Assembly (NCBI GenBank): GCA_043228905.1
Contig: JBHGNT010000006.1
Span: 20,646,001 to 20,710,000 of the forward strand
Source of the DNA: Azolla caroliniana
Taxonomy: Eukaryota > Plantae > Polypodiophyta
Direction: 5' to 3'
Length of the DNA stretch: 64,000 bases
The notes under the pieces were generated by a model. It was not told where the DNA came from. It was given only the letters and a program-made list of their open reading frames with translations, and did no database searches. Both the position numbers and the translations under genes were made by a program. Positions 13,193-28,100 of the stretch are shown here, piece by piece; the stretch's first letter is position 1, and each line of letters opens with the position of its first letter.

Positions 13193-16100
13193 TTACATCC
13201 AGGGTTGCCATCCTAGCCAAATTCTACCTAGAAGATTTACATCTGTGGCTTGATCAATCAAACAGTCAACCTGATCCTGTATAGATTCACAAAGCTTTCC
13301 ACTGATGCGAGCCCTAATATTTCGAGATGGATCACCTTGAACAATCTGTATTAGGTCATGGAAATAGGGCTTCTGAGCATGGACGGATGAATGTAGTTCA
13401 GATATGGTAATCTCTGCAGGATTCCACAAATTGAGCTTTCGATGAGCAAAATCCACTTTGAGCGCCACGTGCTTCTCTTCATAAGAGGTGGTCTCAAGAG
13501 CCTCTTCATCATTCCTCCAGCTTGAAGCTTTCATAGCTTCAGCTTTCCAGTCTACTAGGGGCTCCTTTACAAAGACATCCATGACTGCTATTATGATATC
13601 TCTGCTATTACGCAGCGCAGACAGAACATGTATCATATCAGTGCGTAGCAATCCAATGGCATCCTGAGGAAGTAAGACATTTGTGAGTTGGCGCGTCATC
13701 CTGAATGGAACAAGCTCAGGAACTGGTAGCATCATTACTCCTGTGCCGAAGCTATAACCAAAATCAATAGGAACAAGTGATCCACTTTTTGTGTCCACTA
13801 GTATATTTGATAAATGTCTATCACCCACCCCAGCAATATACCCACACATGCTCAGAACAGCAAGACTATGTTGGAACTGTTTGCGAAGAGCAAGAAATGA
13901 TTCCGCACTTGTTGTCAGCTTCAATAAGCCATTTCGTAGTGAATCCCATGGTATGCTACAAGTAAAGCTATTCATCTTTTCCTCCAGTTCATTGAACTGG
14001 GTAGTAGAATACATGTTTCTGTAACAGTTTACAATGTTTTGCGAACCTCCTCTTTTTGCAAGCCATTCATGAAATTTCATCCTGACATTAGAGGTAATTT
14101 CAGCAGAAGCACCCTTTCCAGACAATCCCAACTCAGGCAATGTACATGCCAATCCATCCTTGATAACATCATCCAAGGCGCATGTATTCTCAACAAACTG
14201 AAGCAGACCACATTTCTGGGAAACTGGGATAACTGCATATGTTCGGACATATAAATTTCGTTTTGAGCAGCCTGCATCTCTGCTTAAAATTCTATTCATG
14301 ACCTCAAAAATCTGTTCTATTCTCTGATCAAGACGCAAATCTTCACCTCCTTTCACAATAAACTTGTACTCTAGTTCATCGGATCCTCTGACTTTCAAGA
14401 CTTTGGGATGTTGCTTGGAGCTTAGAGAAACTATGGTCTGATCAAAGCTGACTACTTTCACATGCAAACTCGGGTCTAACTGCTTAAAACCATTATAGCT
14501 CCCGAACATGTGAATCATATCATTCTGAGATGACCATGCATTCTTTGATTGATCAAAATCAGCCATCCATTTCGAGAACAAGCTTAGATTCAAACATCCT
14601 GACTGCAGATTTTTTAATGCTTTTTGTAAGTTGGTCATGATGCCAGCAGTAGCCTGTGTGAACTGTTTCTCATTCATTGAAAGCAGCTTGAACCCATCTT
14701 TTCCAACAGCATCAATCACTTTCTTTGAATATTCCCGACAAAACTTTACATTATACTCTCCTGAGCGGCGCTCATCTTTGATCATCGATTCTACATCTAA
14801 GCAATCATCAATCAGACTGTAGAAATGCTCTTTCGCCTTTACATTATCACCAGCTTGTAGGAAAGTTTTTACCCAAGAAAGCCCATCTCGCAGCCTTTGT
14901 TCTGGGAATGTCAAATCCTCCAGACTCCTAACCAAAATTTCAAGAATAGGAAGATTCAGGATGGAGTTTAGATGCATAGTTCTTTTTCGACCTACAGGAC
15001 CCAACCCAACCCTGCTCACATTATATGAAAAATAGACAGCTTGAGGTTGCTGTTTAGCAATATCCTCCAAGATACCTACAAAGGTTTCTCCATCATCATT
15101 ATCAAGGCTAGACAGTATTTGTGGTATCCAAGGTATAAAAACTTGCCTATTCACATCCTTTGCAATGGACTGGAATTCAGAGTCTGCATCTTTATACTGT
15201 CCTACGAGTGTTAACACCCTCGCGATGCCATGATGTGCTTCAACAGAGCTATCTAAATATATTGCTTTCATGATATGCCTCACAATCAATCTTGGATAGC
15301 AAGATACTTCAGGTAACACATCACTACCCACTTGAATCACATGCTGTAGTTCGGGTCCCCATCTTGCAACTGTTGCAGACTGCAGAAGCTCATCACAGAA
15401 AAATGAAAATTTAAGAGCTGACTTTGCCAGAGTATGAACTGAGATTGCATTCTTACAGTCATCTATTTCATATAGCCCAATACTATATGCAGAAAATGCT
15501 GACTCCAGTTGTTTTACACATTGTTTTAAAGATTCTGTATCTACAGAAACCCGAGAATGCCCTTTCATGTTTAGAAAAGCAAGCTGGATGTTTGTACTTC
15601 CTTCCAACAATTTTAGCCCAAGTTGCCACTGTTTTTTATTATATTTATGTGAAGTACTGTTAATGTAGCTTAAGACCTGTATCCAACAGAAAAAAATCAG
15701 CATACTGGTGTCATTTGTTTCTAGAACTACTGAATAAGCCTTCTGTGACTAAAGAATTTGGACATTCTCATTTGGAAGAATACAATACAGCTCAAAAAGC
15801 AAGGAAAATACGTTTACGGGTTCTCAATACAAATAGCAAAATGTACTAATATTAACCGAGTGTGAAATAGAAGCTATGCCTACTGTTACATCCACCCAAC
15901 TAAAAGAGAAAAACATAAAAATGTTGGTGGTTTAATGAATAATAATGACGCATAAAGCGCATCAGTTGAATATATCTATTTAGCATGGAAAACACTTTGA
16001 CATTGACTTTCTTGGAAAACCCATGGCATTTATATTATCATAATATATAGGCCATGGGTTTGCCAAGATAAATATAAAGCATGCACTTTACCATATTTAC

Positions 16101-19100
16101 CATTTGTAAGCCAGAACAATATAATTTGATAAATAACCACATTCTTCGAAGGTATGATAGATCCAAAACAGTACAATTCAAAGATTATGGGGTCAGCTCA
16201 GGAGAGCAAAATATTTGATGGAAACAAGTGCTTTAACCTCTATGGACAAACTAGAATTGAGATAAGAAGATATGCACAAAAGGATCTGCTAATTGTGCCA
16301 TTGGGATCCGGAACAGAGCGTTATATTTGCCATTTTATGAAATCAGCAGGAAATACCAAAACTTTGAGCTTCTTTGAACAAGAATTTTGACAAAATTCAC
16401 AAAGCTTTGAAGTTCTTTGAACAAGGCTCTATGGAGTGTCAAAAGCTTTGTTGAGTTCACAAAGCAACGGTAAATCTCCACCTTCCACAATGATAGCTCT
16501 TGGCCAATGAGTGCCCAATAATGAAAGCATGATAGTTGGTCATCAAGGCAGGTATCCTGACATGAGTATAGGAACAACAGTAGTGGCACTCCAAATCTGA
16601 GGAAAACTCTCACACAACTATATTGAACATCACGTTCATAACTCTGCAAGTGTAAATGCTCTGCACCTATACCAACATGATTGCGTGCACTTCCTGTACA
16701 CAATGTGTCAATAGCCTCCTTAAATTAGACATGGAAGGTGCATACCCTTGTACACCATCCTGCTATAGTAAATGTCCACCTTCATCATCCCTGAGTAAAG
16801 GAGGTAGAAGTGGGGACGCACTAATGGATCTGGTATTGCTTCGTTGGTAGTACATCATACAAAGTAGTTGCATACTCTCCCTGTGTATCTGGGGAGGTGA
16901 TAGGTGGAGGGTGTCACCTATGAGTTTCCATGCTTTCCTGGAATTTTGACCCATGAGATCCAAGACTGAGTGCTCCAGATCTCATGCAACAGCATGGCAT
17001 GTAATTATATTGAATGAGCTCCTCATGCAGGTGTAAATTTATTAAGTTTATCCTATTTTCCATGTAAGTTTATTATATTGAATAAGTTCACCAAAAATCG
17101 TAGATTTTCCACCATAATGCTTTACACATGTACCCTAACTGTATATATATATAATCCATTTGAAAGGTCAGAGACGTTTACCTGCACAAGCATGCTAATA
17201 GACTTTTGTGGATCTCTAATACTAACACGATCTGCTTCAAGGCAACGAAGCTTGATAATGTTTTTGTATGACTTATAGTCAAGCTTCTCTTTTTTGAATG
17301 ATACAAACTGGTTCATAAAACTCTGCCAGGTTACACATTATGCGGAACCCATTAGAAAGGAAAAAATGGTATGCTTTAATCCAGGCTGAACATCAGGAAA
17401 AACTTCCAACAACTTCTGGTAAGAACAAGTAATTGATGCTAAATTATATAACTTAATTCAATCATCGATCAACTAAAAGCAGAACCTTCTAACCTTTGCA
17501 GCTTCATAATTTCCTTGTTTCATTAAACCTCTTGAAGCAGCAAAATAAATATGTGCACGTTGCTCATCAAGCTGGGATGCCAGTTCACTTCCCTCATATT
17601 CTTCTCCTTTCTTCAAGCACCTATTAAATGCACTTTGAAGCTTCTGGAAGAAAAGCAATCTGTTCTGAACAATATCATCCCAAGCCTCAGCATCATCCAT
17701 TGTTGGAGAGGGCCATCGTTTACTCCATTCTAACATTATTCTGTGAATTAATATCCAAACATTACACGTTACTCAACAAAAGTTACAGATAAAATTAGAA
17801 AGTAAATTATAAAAGTTTACAAAGCATAATAGACCTTGACCAGTCGCAGAGTTTATTTGATCCTATATGGTCAACAAATTCATTCAATTCTGTTATTTTT
17901 TGAAGATTTGCAATGAGAATATGCCGGGCACTAGTTGCAAGAGGATGGAATTCTGCCCAATGTTTGACGAAGCTTTTGTAACACTCATGTATATAAAAAC
18001 GCGCACGATCAAACTGATCATTTGAAACTGCTAATGTCGCCACTTGTGTGCAGAAATCATTTAGGATCAAAACTTTTTTGCTATTGTCCTCTGGTATAGG
18101 ATGAAGAAACTCACAAAGTTTTGCATGATGTGTAGGCATCTTAACAGCTGCTCTAATAAACAGACTCAAGTAAGAGTCCCGTGCTCTAGGCTCCCAAAGC
18201 TTGGATAATGAATTTTCAACCTGAAAGAGAATTTCATCCATCACTGTATGCCAGTTCAACAAGCTGGCAAGACAATGCAGTCTCCGAGTATACCAGAGAT
18301 CTTGCTCAATCTCATTGGGGATAACTATCACTCAAAAAGGAAGAAAGGAGCAAATTTAAGATTTCAAAGATGCCGATGGAAATTAATGCAGTAAAGAGAA
18401 GTCAAATTGAAATATATTTTCTGATTCACCTGTTGCTTCAACTTCGTCAAATTGATCAATGGCATTGTCGTACATTTTCAAAGCTGTTGCAAGTTCACCA
18501 TCAAGCTCAGCCTCAAGGGCTTGTTGTGTTATACTAGCTTTCGTAAGGTGCTTCTTGTAAATTGATAAGACAATGTCACTCTCTCCTAGGGATCTGTAAA
18601 GATTTGAAAGCGCTAACCAAGCATGCTCTAGACTGTTTGCTTCAAAGGTTGCCTGCCCTCGTGATCCTTTATGACGCTTCCGTGAATTTCCCACATACTG
18701 CCATGGCATATTCTTTCTCAAGATTGCATTTTCCAAGTACAGAATACCTGATTGGTAATTGGTTGACTTTAAACTAACCGACCCTATTAACTCTGGCCTA
18801 ATCCAGGATTCCTTATCTTCCAGGCTGAGAGACAATGCACATGAAACAAAAGAAATGTCGTTCTCAGTTCGTTCAAACATTTTCTCAATTCCAATGTTAA
18901 CCAACGACTTTAACTCTTGCTCACTTCCAAAATATTTATCCGATGGAAGCGAATATATAGCACGAAACAAAACCAAAAGTAATAAACGTGAGAATGTAGG
19001 ATCCTTCTCTGCCAATGCAGCTAATGGATTAATGATCTCACTGTGGTTTATCTCAATATCTGGTAACTCTCCTGTTAACACATTTAGCAACCACATTCAA

Positions 19101-22100
19101 TAAACAATATAATATAGATCATGCTGGTTTCAGATATTACACACCATGTTATTGAGCAGAATTTCAAGGAGCTCCCTACCTACGCGATATCGTCTCAGCA
19201 TTTGGACCTTGTTAGCTCTTTCTACTGCTTGTTGTGCCATACGAGCTTCTTTTCTTTTCATTGCATTGAATACACTTCTTAATATTTGAGGCCGTGAAGC
19301 ACTTGGATGAATTAATCTTCTGGTGATTGTTGTAGAGATGCCATCATCACCAGATGCAACCTGCGATTTTAAGCCTACTGTTCTCATACCGTGTCTTTTA
19401 GAGAATGCAAACAAAGAGCTTCCACTTTCAGCTAAAGAGGCTGTCAAAGAGTTTTGTGACTGAGAAGGCTCCAAGCTTTCAGACTGTTGTATTGTTGCTC
19501 TTATCATACCAGGAAATTTCTTAATATGTATGTTCTCATCCCCTTCGTCACTTTGCACTGCTTGAGATGTAGATTGTGTGTCAAAAAACATGGGTGTCAT
19601 AGGCAGTGTTCCAGCAAGAATTGATCTATCAATAGTATACTCTTTAAATTCACACTCAGACAATGGGGCATTGAAGATTGGTCTGTTAAAATCAACTGAT
19701 TCTTCACAGAGCTGTAAACAGAAAATAATCTCCCATAAATACCAAGATGATACAAACTGCAGTCACTATCATAATGTAATGTGATTAGAATGTTAAACTG
19801 ACCTTTAACAAAAGAGAGATTCCTATGTGTACCCAATGAGATTCAATAACTGGATCATAAATATGAGTTATTATTTCAAGGAGTCTTTGCTGAGGATTTT
19901 TGTTAAGCCGAGTGTGCCAGAAGCTTTTAAGGCTTTCCCTTATGGCAGGTGAATCATCATAGAGACCCTGAAGCAGACTTTGGATCAACATCTTGTGTCT
20001 TTCCATCTTCCTTTCAGTATAAAGGTATACAAGGATTTGATAATAATGCTTTCTACATTCATCATTGTCATGTGAAATAAAAGTTTGATCTAACACGGGT
20101 AAAATGAGTTCAGTAATAGCCCCTGTTTCTGCATCTTTAACAAGCTCAGCAACTAACTGGAGAGATTTCATTTGAACAGCTTCATCTCTGTGTGTCAACA
20201 GTTTCGAAAGAAACGGCAAAACCACAGTGAAAATATTTGGAATGGCAGTAGGACATCTAAGAATGATGTTCAGTGAGAGGATTCTAAAGACTCCATGCAC
20301 ACGAGGAAGCAGATCAAAAACCATAGAAGCGTATTCTTCAAGAACAGATGGGAAATGCAGCGTGATTTTGTCTAATATGCTTAAATATTGACCCACTTCG
20401 CCCTCTTTAAAAATTCCAAGGAGTATCTTTTTTAACCCACTCTGCAATTGCTGCTCCTCGTAAAGGCCTTTGTCTTGATGTAGAATCATACCCAATATCT
20501 CTGCAGATGCTTCATAAACACCCTTTGCCTTCAGGTTTATGTTAGAAAGCAGAATCTTAGTCATTTCTGATTTGGGTAATTTGATGTCATCATAAATTGT
20601 AAGACCTATTGACATCATAGCACCCAACAACTGAAGACCTACTATCCTGTGCATTAACATCCCTTTATCCGATGTACTAGGAGTTTTACCTCCAGCTGTT
20701 ATATAGGAAGTAATTATACCAATGTCAACCTTGACATCATTCTTCCACCTTGACAATATGTGCTGTATAATCTCTAAGTTGGCTCGTAGAACCTGACTTG
20801 ACCCATTAGGAGTTACCTCTAGTAGATAATTCAGAAACCTTGAGAAGAGGCTTATATCTGGTAGACTTGAAACGTTCCATTCCAAAATAGTAATACATAT
20901 ATCTCTGAGCATATAATGAAAACTCTTCCCTCCCGATCTTTCAGGTTCTTTCAGAAATGGTAGCAGAACAGGGTGAATCCAGTGATATCCAAAGGGAGAA
21001 AAAATCTTTCTTGCCTTGATTACCACTTTTATAATAAAGAGGCAGACATTCATAGGCGTGCCAGCACTACTCAGAGTAGAGTGCAATGCTTTCATCCATT
21101 CAGGCATTTCATCACTAGTAGCAGTTTTGGTTTTTGAATGCAGGTGAACAATTACCCTTAATACCATGGCCAAACAGGGATGCTGATCAAAATCATCTTG
21201 ATCAGAAATTGTCATATCAGTAATACTATTATCATATTCATTTGCATCATTTGTCTCAGACGTTTCCATCACTTTCTCACTTTCACCTCCAACAAAACTA
21301 TTTATTAGAGCTGGCTCTTGACTCAGGGTAGCACCAATAACATGAAGAGATGACACAAATGGAGAAATAGATTCAGATCTGCCGGAAGTCTTTCTCTCAA
21401 GTCGCAAATTTTTAGTCACCTCTTGCAATGTTCCAAGCTTTGAAACCTCCACAGGAAAGCTATTATATATCTTATTGCAATCAATCAAATGCTGCCAAAG
21501 TGGTTTCCCGGTGAAATCCTTGAAAAGAATTGTAAATATCCTTTCTTGCTCTTGTGTGCACATCACTACTGCAGCAAGGCAATTGTAGGCTCGAATATGC
21601 AGTTCTCGCCACATTACAATATTTTCAGAAAATGGATATTGTGCAGGGTCATTTTTTGCACGGGAGTCATTTGTAGCTACTTGCATAATTTGTTGATTTG
21701 AAACCAGAGGTGTGATTGAATCTCGGATGGTAGAGCCGTCTAAGTTCAAGAAGAGGCTGGAAATTATAGAATAAGTGCAATTCTTCACTACAATATAGCC
21801 TTGTTCTTCCTCTGAAAATTTGTGCTGGCCCAAAGGTGGTTTCTCAGAAATTGTAATAAAAAAACCTTTGATATGCTTTACGAACCAATTCACGTTAAAA
21901 TCCAGAGGTGCTGCATCTAGGATGGGAATTAAAACAATATCTGTAAGAACTTGTTTCAATGTAGGAGCCTTAATTCCATCATGAATAACTTCTAAGCACT
22001 TCGCACAAACAGATGTCCTCTGATCCGGTATGGCCATTGCATACTGTTTAAGAGCTCTGATAACTAATTTTCTAGCCAACGGTATGCAGTTTTGCAGAAT

Positions 22101-25100
22101 AGGAAATAGCACTTCCAGTAGCTCTGAGTTTTTACTCGAGCAGACTGCTTCCAATATCCCATTTAGGGTTTGGAGATACGTTGCTCGCTGTGTTGAGCCA
22201 GGAGGTAAATCAGCTTCACGCACAAGTAAAAATGTGGTTACAATACTTATCAGCACATTTAGGAGTCGGTTGGAGAACATGTGTGCACTAGTAGCATTGG
22301 CAAAGCTTGGAACTAGGGCAAGTGCACTGTTTTGCACTATGAGATTCAAGCTTTTACTTGCAGGATCAGGCACTGAATTTACAGTAGAGGAAGATCCACC
22401 AAGCAGAGACAAGAAACTGTCCACTATAAACTCAAATGAAGGGTGAGTACATGACAACACAATCTGACAGTCTGAATCCAGAACCAGCAACTTGTTCAGA
22501 ACCTCCAAAAAAAATAACTTATCATTGTAGGAACCATCCAATTTAGACAAAGGTGTCAGGAAAGAGATGTGATTCATGAAAACATTAAGAAAACTACAAA
22601 TTGTCATTATATTTCCCTCTGTCCTCGTATGCATATAGTCATCCAGAAGTGCACTTAATATTAGCCGTGCTGTTGGATTTTGAGGGGTTCTCTTTAGTAG
22701 TATCGGCAAGATTTCATTGTATGAAAACTTGAGATGATGGATTAGGACAGTACGGAATTTGACATAGAAGGCACTTCCAGCAGTTAAATGGCCATCTGAA
22801 GAACTTGCTACTGGTGGTTCATCAAAGACAACCTCAAGCACCCTCTCGACTTTCATACCTAGAGACATGCAAAGAGAGAAAATATCTTCAGAAAACTTTA
22901 CAGTTACACTTGTGCTGTTCTTGCTTGCTGCAAAAATATACATCAGCAAATTCTCTGCAAGAGATCTTGACTTCTCAATACCCAAGGCGGGCAATAACAG
23001 CCCTGCAAGAAGAAGATGTTGATACCCTCTAAGAAGGCACTCAATACTTATCAATCCTTTAGATCCTGAGAATTCAGTATTCCCATGTGAAAGGTTCAGA
23101 TTAGCCAGGTCTAGTTCTGGTCTGTCCAGCAGCAATTTCAAGCACTCCAAGATTTTTTCTTTCAAATTGGACGAGCAGACCATCAACAGCTTCATTATTC
23201 TTATGGCTCCTCTTAACAAAGCATCACCTTTGTCGGGCATGTGTTTGATAGCAATCTCCTGTGGTGACAACAATAGCAAGCAGAGAACTTGCACAAATTC
23301 AGGGTCATCAAATGGTACAATTTTACAAACATATGTGTAGTTGGTTATGTGATCTTTATCATGAAGGTGAACATCATCACTCTTTATTACAAATCCATTG
23401 CATAGAACCTCTTTTGTGAAGCTCATAAGATGCATGATTCCCCTGCATCGAACTATTTCTTGACGCTCAAATTCTGACGGTGTTAACAAGGAAACAAGCT
23501 TCACAGTCTTTTCATTCAACAAACTTTTCAAGAACTCTCTGATGGAAGTTGCTAAATTAGTTGCCTTTGAATGAAGTTCCTCCAACTTTACAAAGCCGAT
23601 TTTTAGACCCCACTCATACCAATGAAGAGATCTACATAAACACTTTACTTGCTGTTCTAATTTTTCTGACAATATTTCTCCTTGATCCAGCATCGCAAAA
23701 ATGAATTTGGTATTCAGCAGGAGATAGGCATCATTAAGCATCTGAGACTTTCCAACTGTTGTCAACCAACTTGAAGGAGACCCGACTGCAACCAGACAGA
23801 CATACATAAATCTACCAGCCAAGTGGAAACCATGAAGGCTGGTTCAAGGGCTTTTGTTAATTTTTCATGGGTTTTCACCTCATCTGAGGTTACCTGCCAT
23901 AATATAATGTATTGCAAAACAAACCAAGCACATTTTTACCTTGTAAGACTTGACAAATTGAATCAAAAAGATGCATGCATCTGCTACGGCATTTTGCTTG
24001 AACCTCCACTGTTTGCTTAAACAGCCATTCTAAAAAATCATCAATCACGGTGAACATTGCCCTATCTTTCCTTTTCAGCACTAAGTTAGAGATATTCCTC
24101 TGTAATAACCTTTGGAACTCATCCAAAACCTTGCAAATTTGTTTTACAGTTCCTACAACATCCACATAAACGTCTCAAAAGTAATCACATGTAGAGCATG
24201 AAAGACTGATCTCAAATGCAGATAAATGTCTCACAAGTAATCACATAGAAAGCATGAAAGAAAGATCTGGAATGCACATAAATGTCTCAAAAGTAATCAC
24301 ATGGAGAGCATGAAAAACAGAGATATCTACCAATCTGTTCATGATCTTCTTCAGCAATACGCAAACTCTTAATGCAGAAAAAGAGAATCTCTAGCAGGTG
24401 TCGATCAATTATTGACGTATGGACACGCATAACCCGATATAATCGACTACATGCCATAGCAGAACCTAATCTATGATATGGATTAGGATGATCCAGACGA
24501 TTATATAGTCGGCGCAGCATTGATGTTACATTTATAAAATTATCAGCCTGCAAAAACATAAAGAATTATTACCTAAGGTTCTACTATAGAACATGCAAAA
24601 CAGAATTAGGTAAATGTAATTTCAGCCATATTTAACCAATTAGAAAATCACCACAAGTCAATGCTAAATGTGCATTTATTTATTTTGTACGTAGTGTCCT
24701 CTACATTTCTTGTACCCATGGTTCCTATATCATTGGACTATGATCATAGCCTAGTTACATTGGGAAGGTACATAGTTTACATGTAATATACATTTCATTT
24801 CATTTATCAGCTTCTATAAGATTCACATGCATGTAATTTTTGGTCTCATGTGCCACTTTGGCCTTTTCAAGATGTTAATGTAATTTCATTTCCTTTTACG
24901 CGCATGGAAGTTTTGGATATGCTTGGCCAAAAGCCTGACAGATATCCAGGTTATCTTAGGCAATTTTACTTGTTTTTTATGTAGTTTTTTTGTTCCCTAA
25001 TATTCAACAACCTTACCAGATGTATCTCTTGTTTGGTCTCTAAACTCTTATGGGATGTATACGCTAAGGAGAGTGGGCTGGCTAAGTTTCTTTCTTTCTT

Positions 25101-28100
25101 TCTTTCTTTCTTTCTTTCCATCCATTTTAATGTGCTAAGTTTTTACCAACCCATCTATCCAGGTTCAAAACTCAGTATCTGTATAACATTACTAAATAAG
25201 CCAAAGTTTTACCATTCAGGTTCAGAACTTTGTAGTTCTATTACTTTACTCAATACCACTGCAGAATCTAGGAGTTGAATGCATGACCTTCTGGTCTCTG
25301 CCAGACAACCTTACCATCTGCACTACTATAAGTTCCTTACCACTTGTGCACCACTCTATAAGTCCCTTTTTATACACTGATACGGATTTATCACCAGAAT
25401 CTCTTATATGGATACACATCTCTCTCATGTGCATTTTTAGAATGCATGACCTTCTGGTCTCTGCCAGACAACCTTACCATCTGCGCTACTATAAGTTCCT
25501 TACCACTTGTGCACCACTCTATAAGTCCCTTTTTATACACTGACACGGATTTATCACCACACTCTTATATGGATACACATCCCTCTCATGTTCATTTTTA
25601 GTACAATAGGGTAGCTCAGCAGCTCTTCATAAAGTAAATATGCACAGATATATAAGATCTACTATAATGCCCTCTTTTTCCACTAGTCAAATTAAGGATG
25701 TAAATACACATCTTTCTCCAGAGCTTTGTAGTGTGATGGGGTAGCTGAGCACCTATTAATATTAGCTAGAGTAAATGTGCATGCATGTTTACGGAAAAAT
25801 AGATCTGCCGATTGTGCCATCAGGATGTGCAATCAGAGGAACACTATTTCTTCCATTATACAATTTTTTTATGAAATAAGGTGGAGATGGACTCCTCTTC
25901 AGGCAAGGCTTTGGTCAACTCTTCCAGGTGGTAATGTTCTTGATAGAAATCAAGTGACATAGAGAAGTTATTGAACAAAGTGCCATCACAGCCTTCTTTA
26001 GATCCAACACTCCTCTTGCTAAGTCAACAAAGGCCACGAAAAGAGCATTGGACATAGCTTTAGGAAAGGGTTACCATAAATCAGGCAATAGCAATCTGTC
26101 CTACACATAGGCCTCTGGACAATTGGCCCATTACGCTTGTTACTGACATTGACGGTTCTTTCCTTGCTTTGGAGAGCCCGTCATCTTGGATCAGGCCATG
26201 TTTGGGATCTTTTGAAGGCAAATGTTCCAGTCTATCCAAGCTCACCAGATTACATTTTTGTTAACTTCAATATCTGGTTTCACTCAATTTAATTTTGATT
26301 GTTCTTCTCCAAGGCGAAACACCACTTTCAGGTGTAATCTCTGGTTTGGCCTCATGGGCCTTTTGGCCACTTAAAAGACATTAACATTTCTTTTCTTTCT
26401 TTCTTTCTTTCTTCTTGCTTAATAGCTTTTCACACTTCGACTATGATCATAAATAAATGAATCATTGATTTACTTTACATTTACTGCTGATATTTTATAT
26501 CAGCAAGTACTTCATAGAGTTGTAACATACAGATGGAACAACACAGGTAAATGAATTTATACTAGTAGCATATGATCAACTCAGAATTCCAGGAAAACAC
26601 CACTGAATTGAAATTTATAAATGACCTCTGGTGGCATATGGCGTATTGACCATTGCATAAATTCTTCAAAACACTCTGCAGAAAACTCCCTAGCATTTAA
26701 CAAATCAAAACAACAAACAACCTTGAGAAAATCACATTTAGTTTGACTTTTCCTGAAATATGACATCAGTGATGAATCACAAAAAATTCCAACATGCAAA
26801 TGCCCTATGTAATTAACATATAATTAAGTAATTTTCAAATATCTTCAGCATTTTCTTATAGTATGTCCACCTAAAACAGTGATAAGCCAACCTGGGAAAT
26901 AACCCACGTTGATCATTAAGTCATCATGATAGCCATGGTACAATTATAGTTCACATTTTAGCTTTTTAATTTCTCAGAACATCACTGAATTATATCCTTT
27001 TATTCAATTTGTAAATTATCTCTATAAAAAGCAGATGGTAAGGTACTTTTTGCATGATGACGTTCCTTTTATAACATCATTATCAGCATTCTAGTAGTTT
27101 TCATGTATTAGCATCGATTACAGTCTTGTTTCTCGTTTATATATCTTCTCCCATATTATTATAGGCATACATGACATTATAAATCAGATTTTATCTATTG
27201 TGCAAACCTATCTCTTAACTCTACTACTATTGAATAATTGATGTTATGAAAAAACTCTATTGCAGTTGTTCACAAACTCTCCTCAGTTGGAAACCAGTGA
27301 CAAATTTGTTAGTTTAAAATACCATCAAAATGACATTGTCGTTCATTCACTATCATGCAGGGAATTCTCGTGGATTGACTGAGTACCAGATGTTTGGTAA
27401 AAATGGTATAGCATTGGAAGCATAATTGCTTGGACAACCAGGAGAGCAAGATATAGAATAGCATTTTATCAGAGGCACAAACCCTATGATTTGACCCCAC
27501 ATTATATACCTTTCCTTTCCGCACAAGTATGCTACCAGATTCTGATAACAGTACTTACTCAGACCCTATATGTAGATGAGAATGGTTTTATAAAGTGACA
27601 ATTATAAAAGAAACATTATCTCTTAGGGAGACAAATATTTTAAATTTCACAGTTTTATCACGGTTACAATGGCCTTATGAAGATGTTAATACACGTCACA
27701 TTTCATTTCTACATTCAAGCCAGTTTCCATATGCCGTATGGACGAGTGTTGCCCTAATGTTGAACTGTACAAAACCAAAAAACATATAAAGCAAAAGGTT
27801 GAACCTCAATGAAGCACTTTCATAGTCAACAAGCCCCTCTAGGATTGCATCTAAGAGAGCCATGGTATCAGGGTTTTCTTTTTGTGTATTGGAAGTGAAC
27901 CAATGGATCATTTGCATTAACAACCTGCCAAAAAGCTCACGAGTTACCTGCATTTTACGGTTCTCTTCAGTACAATATTCCCAGAACAATCAAGAGGATA
28001 ATATTAGAGTTACTTAAATGCAAATAATAGAAAATTTAAAAGACACGTCTGGTTTTTATAGAGAATCCTGGAATACCTTATACTGTCACAAGTAGGTAAA

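Noticed and set aside
26355-26372. GGCCTTTTGGC resembles the 5' stem of U2 snRNA
   Set aside because: No following CTAAGATCAAGTGTAGTA or Sm site. It is a copy of the LINE-tail hairpin.
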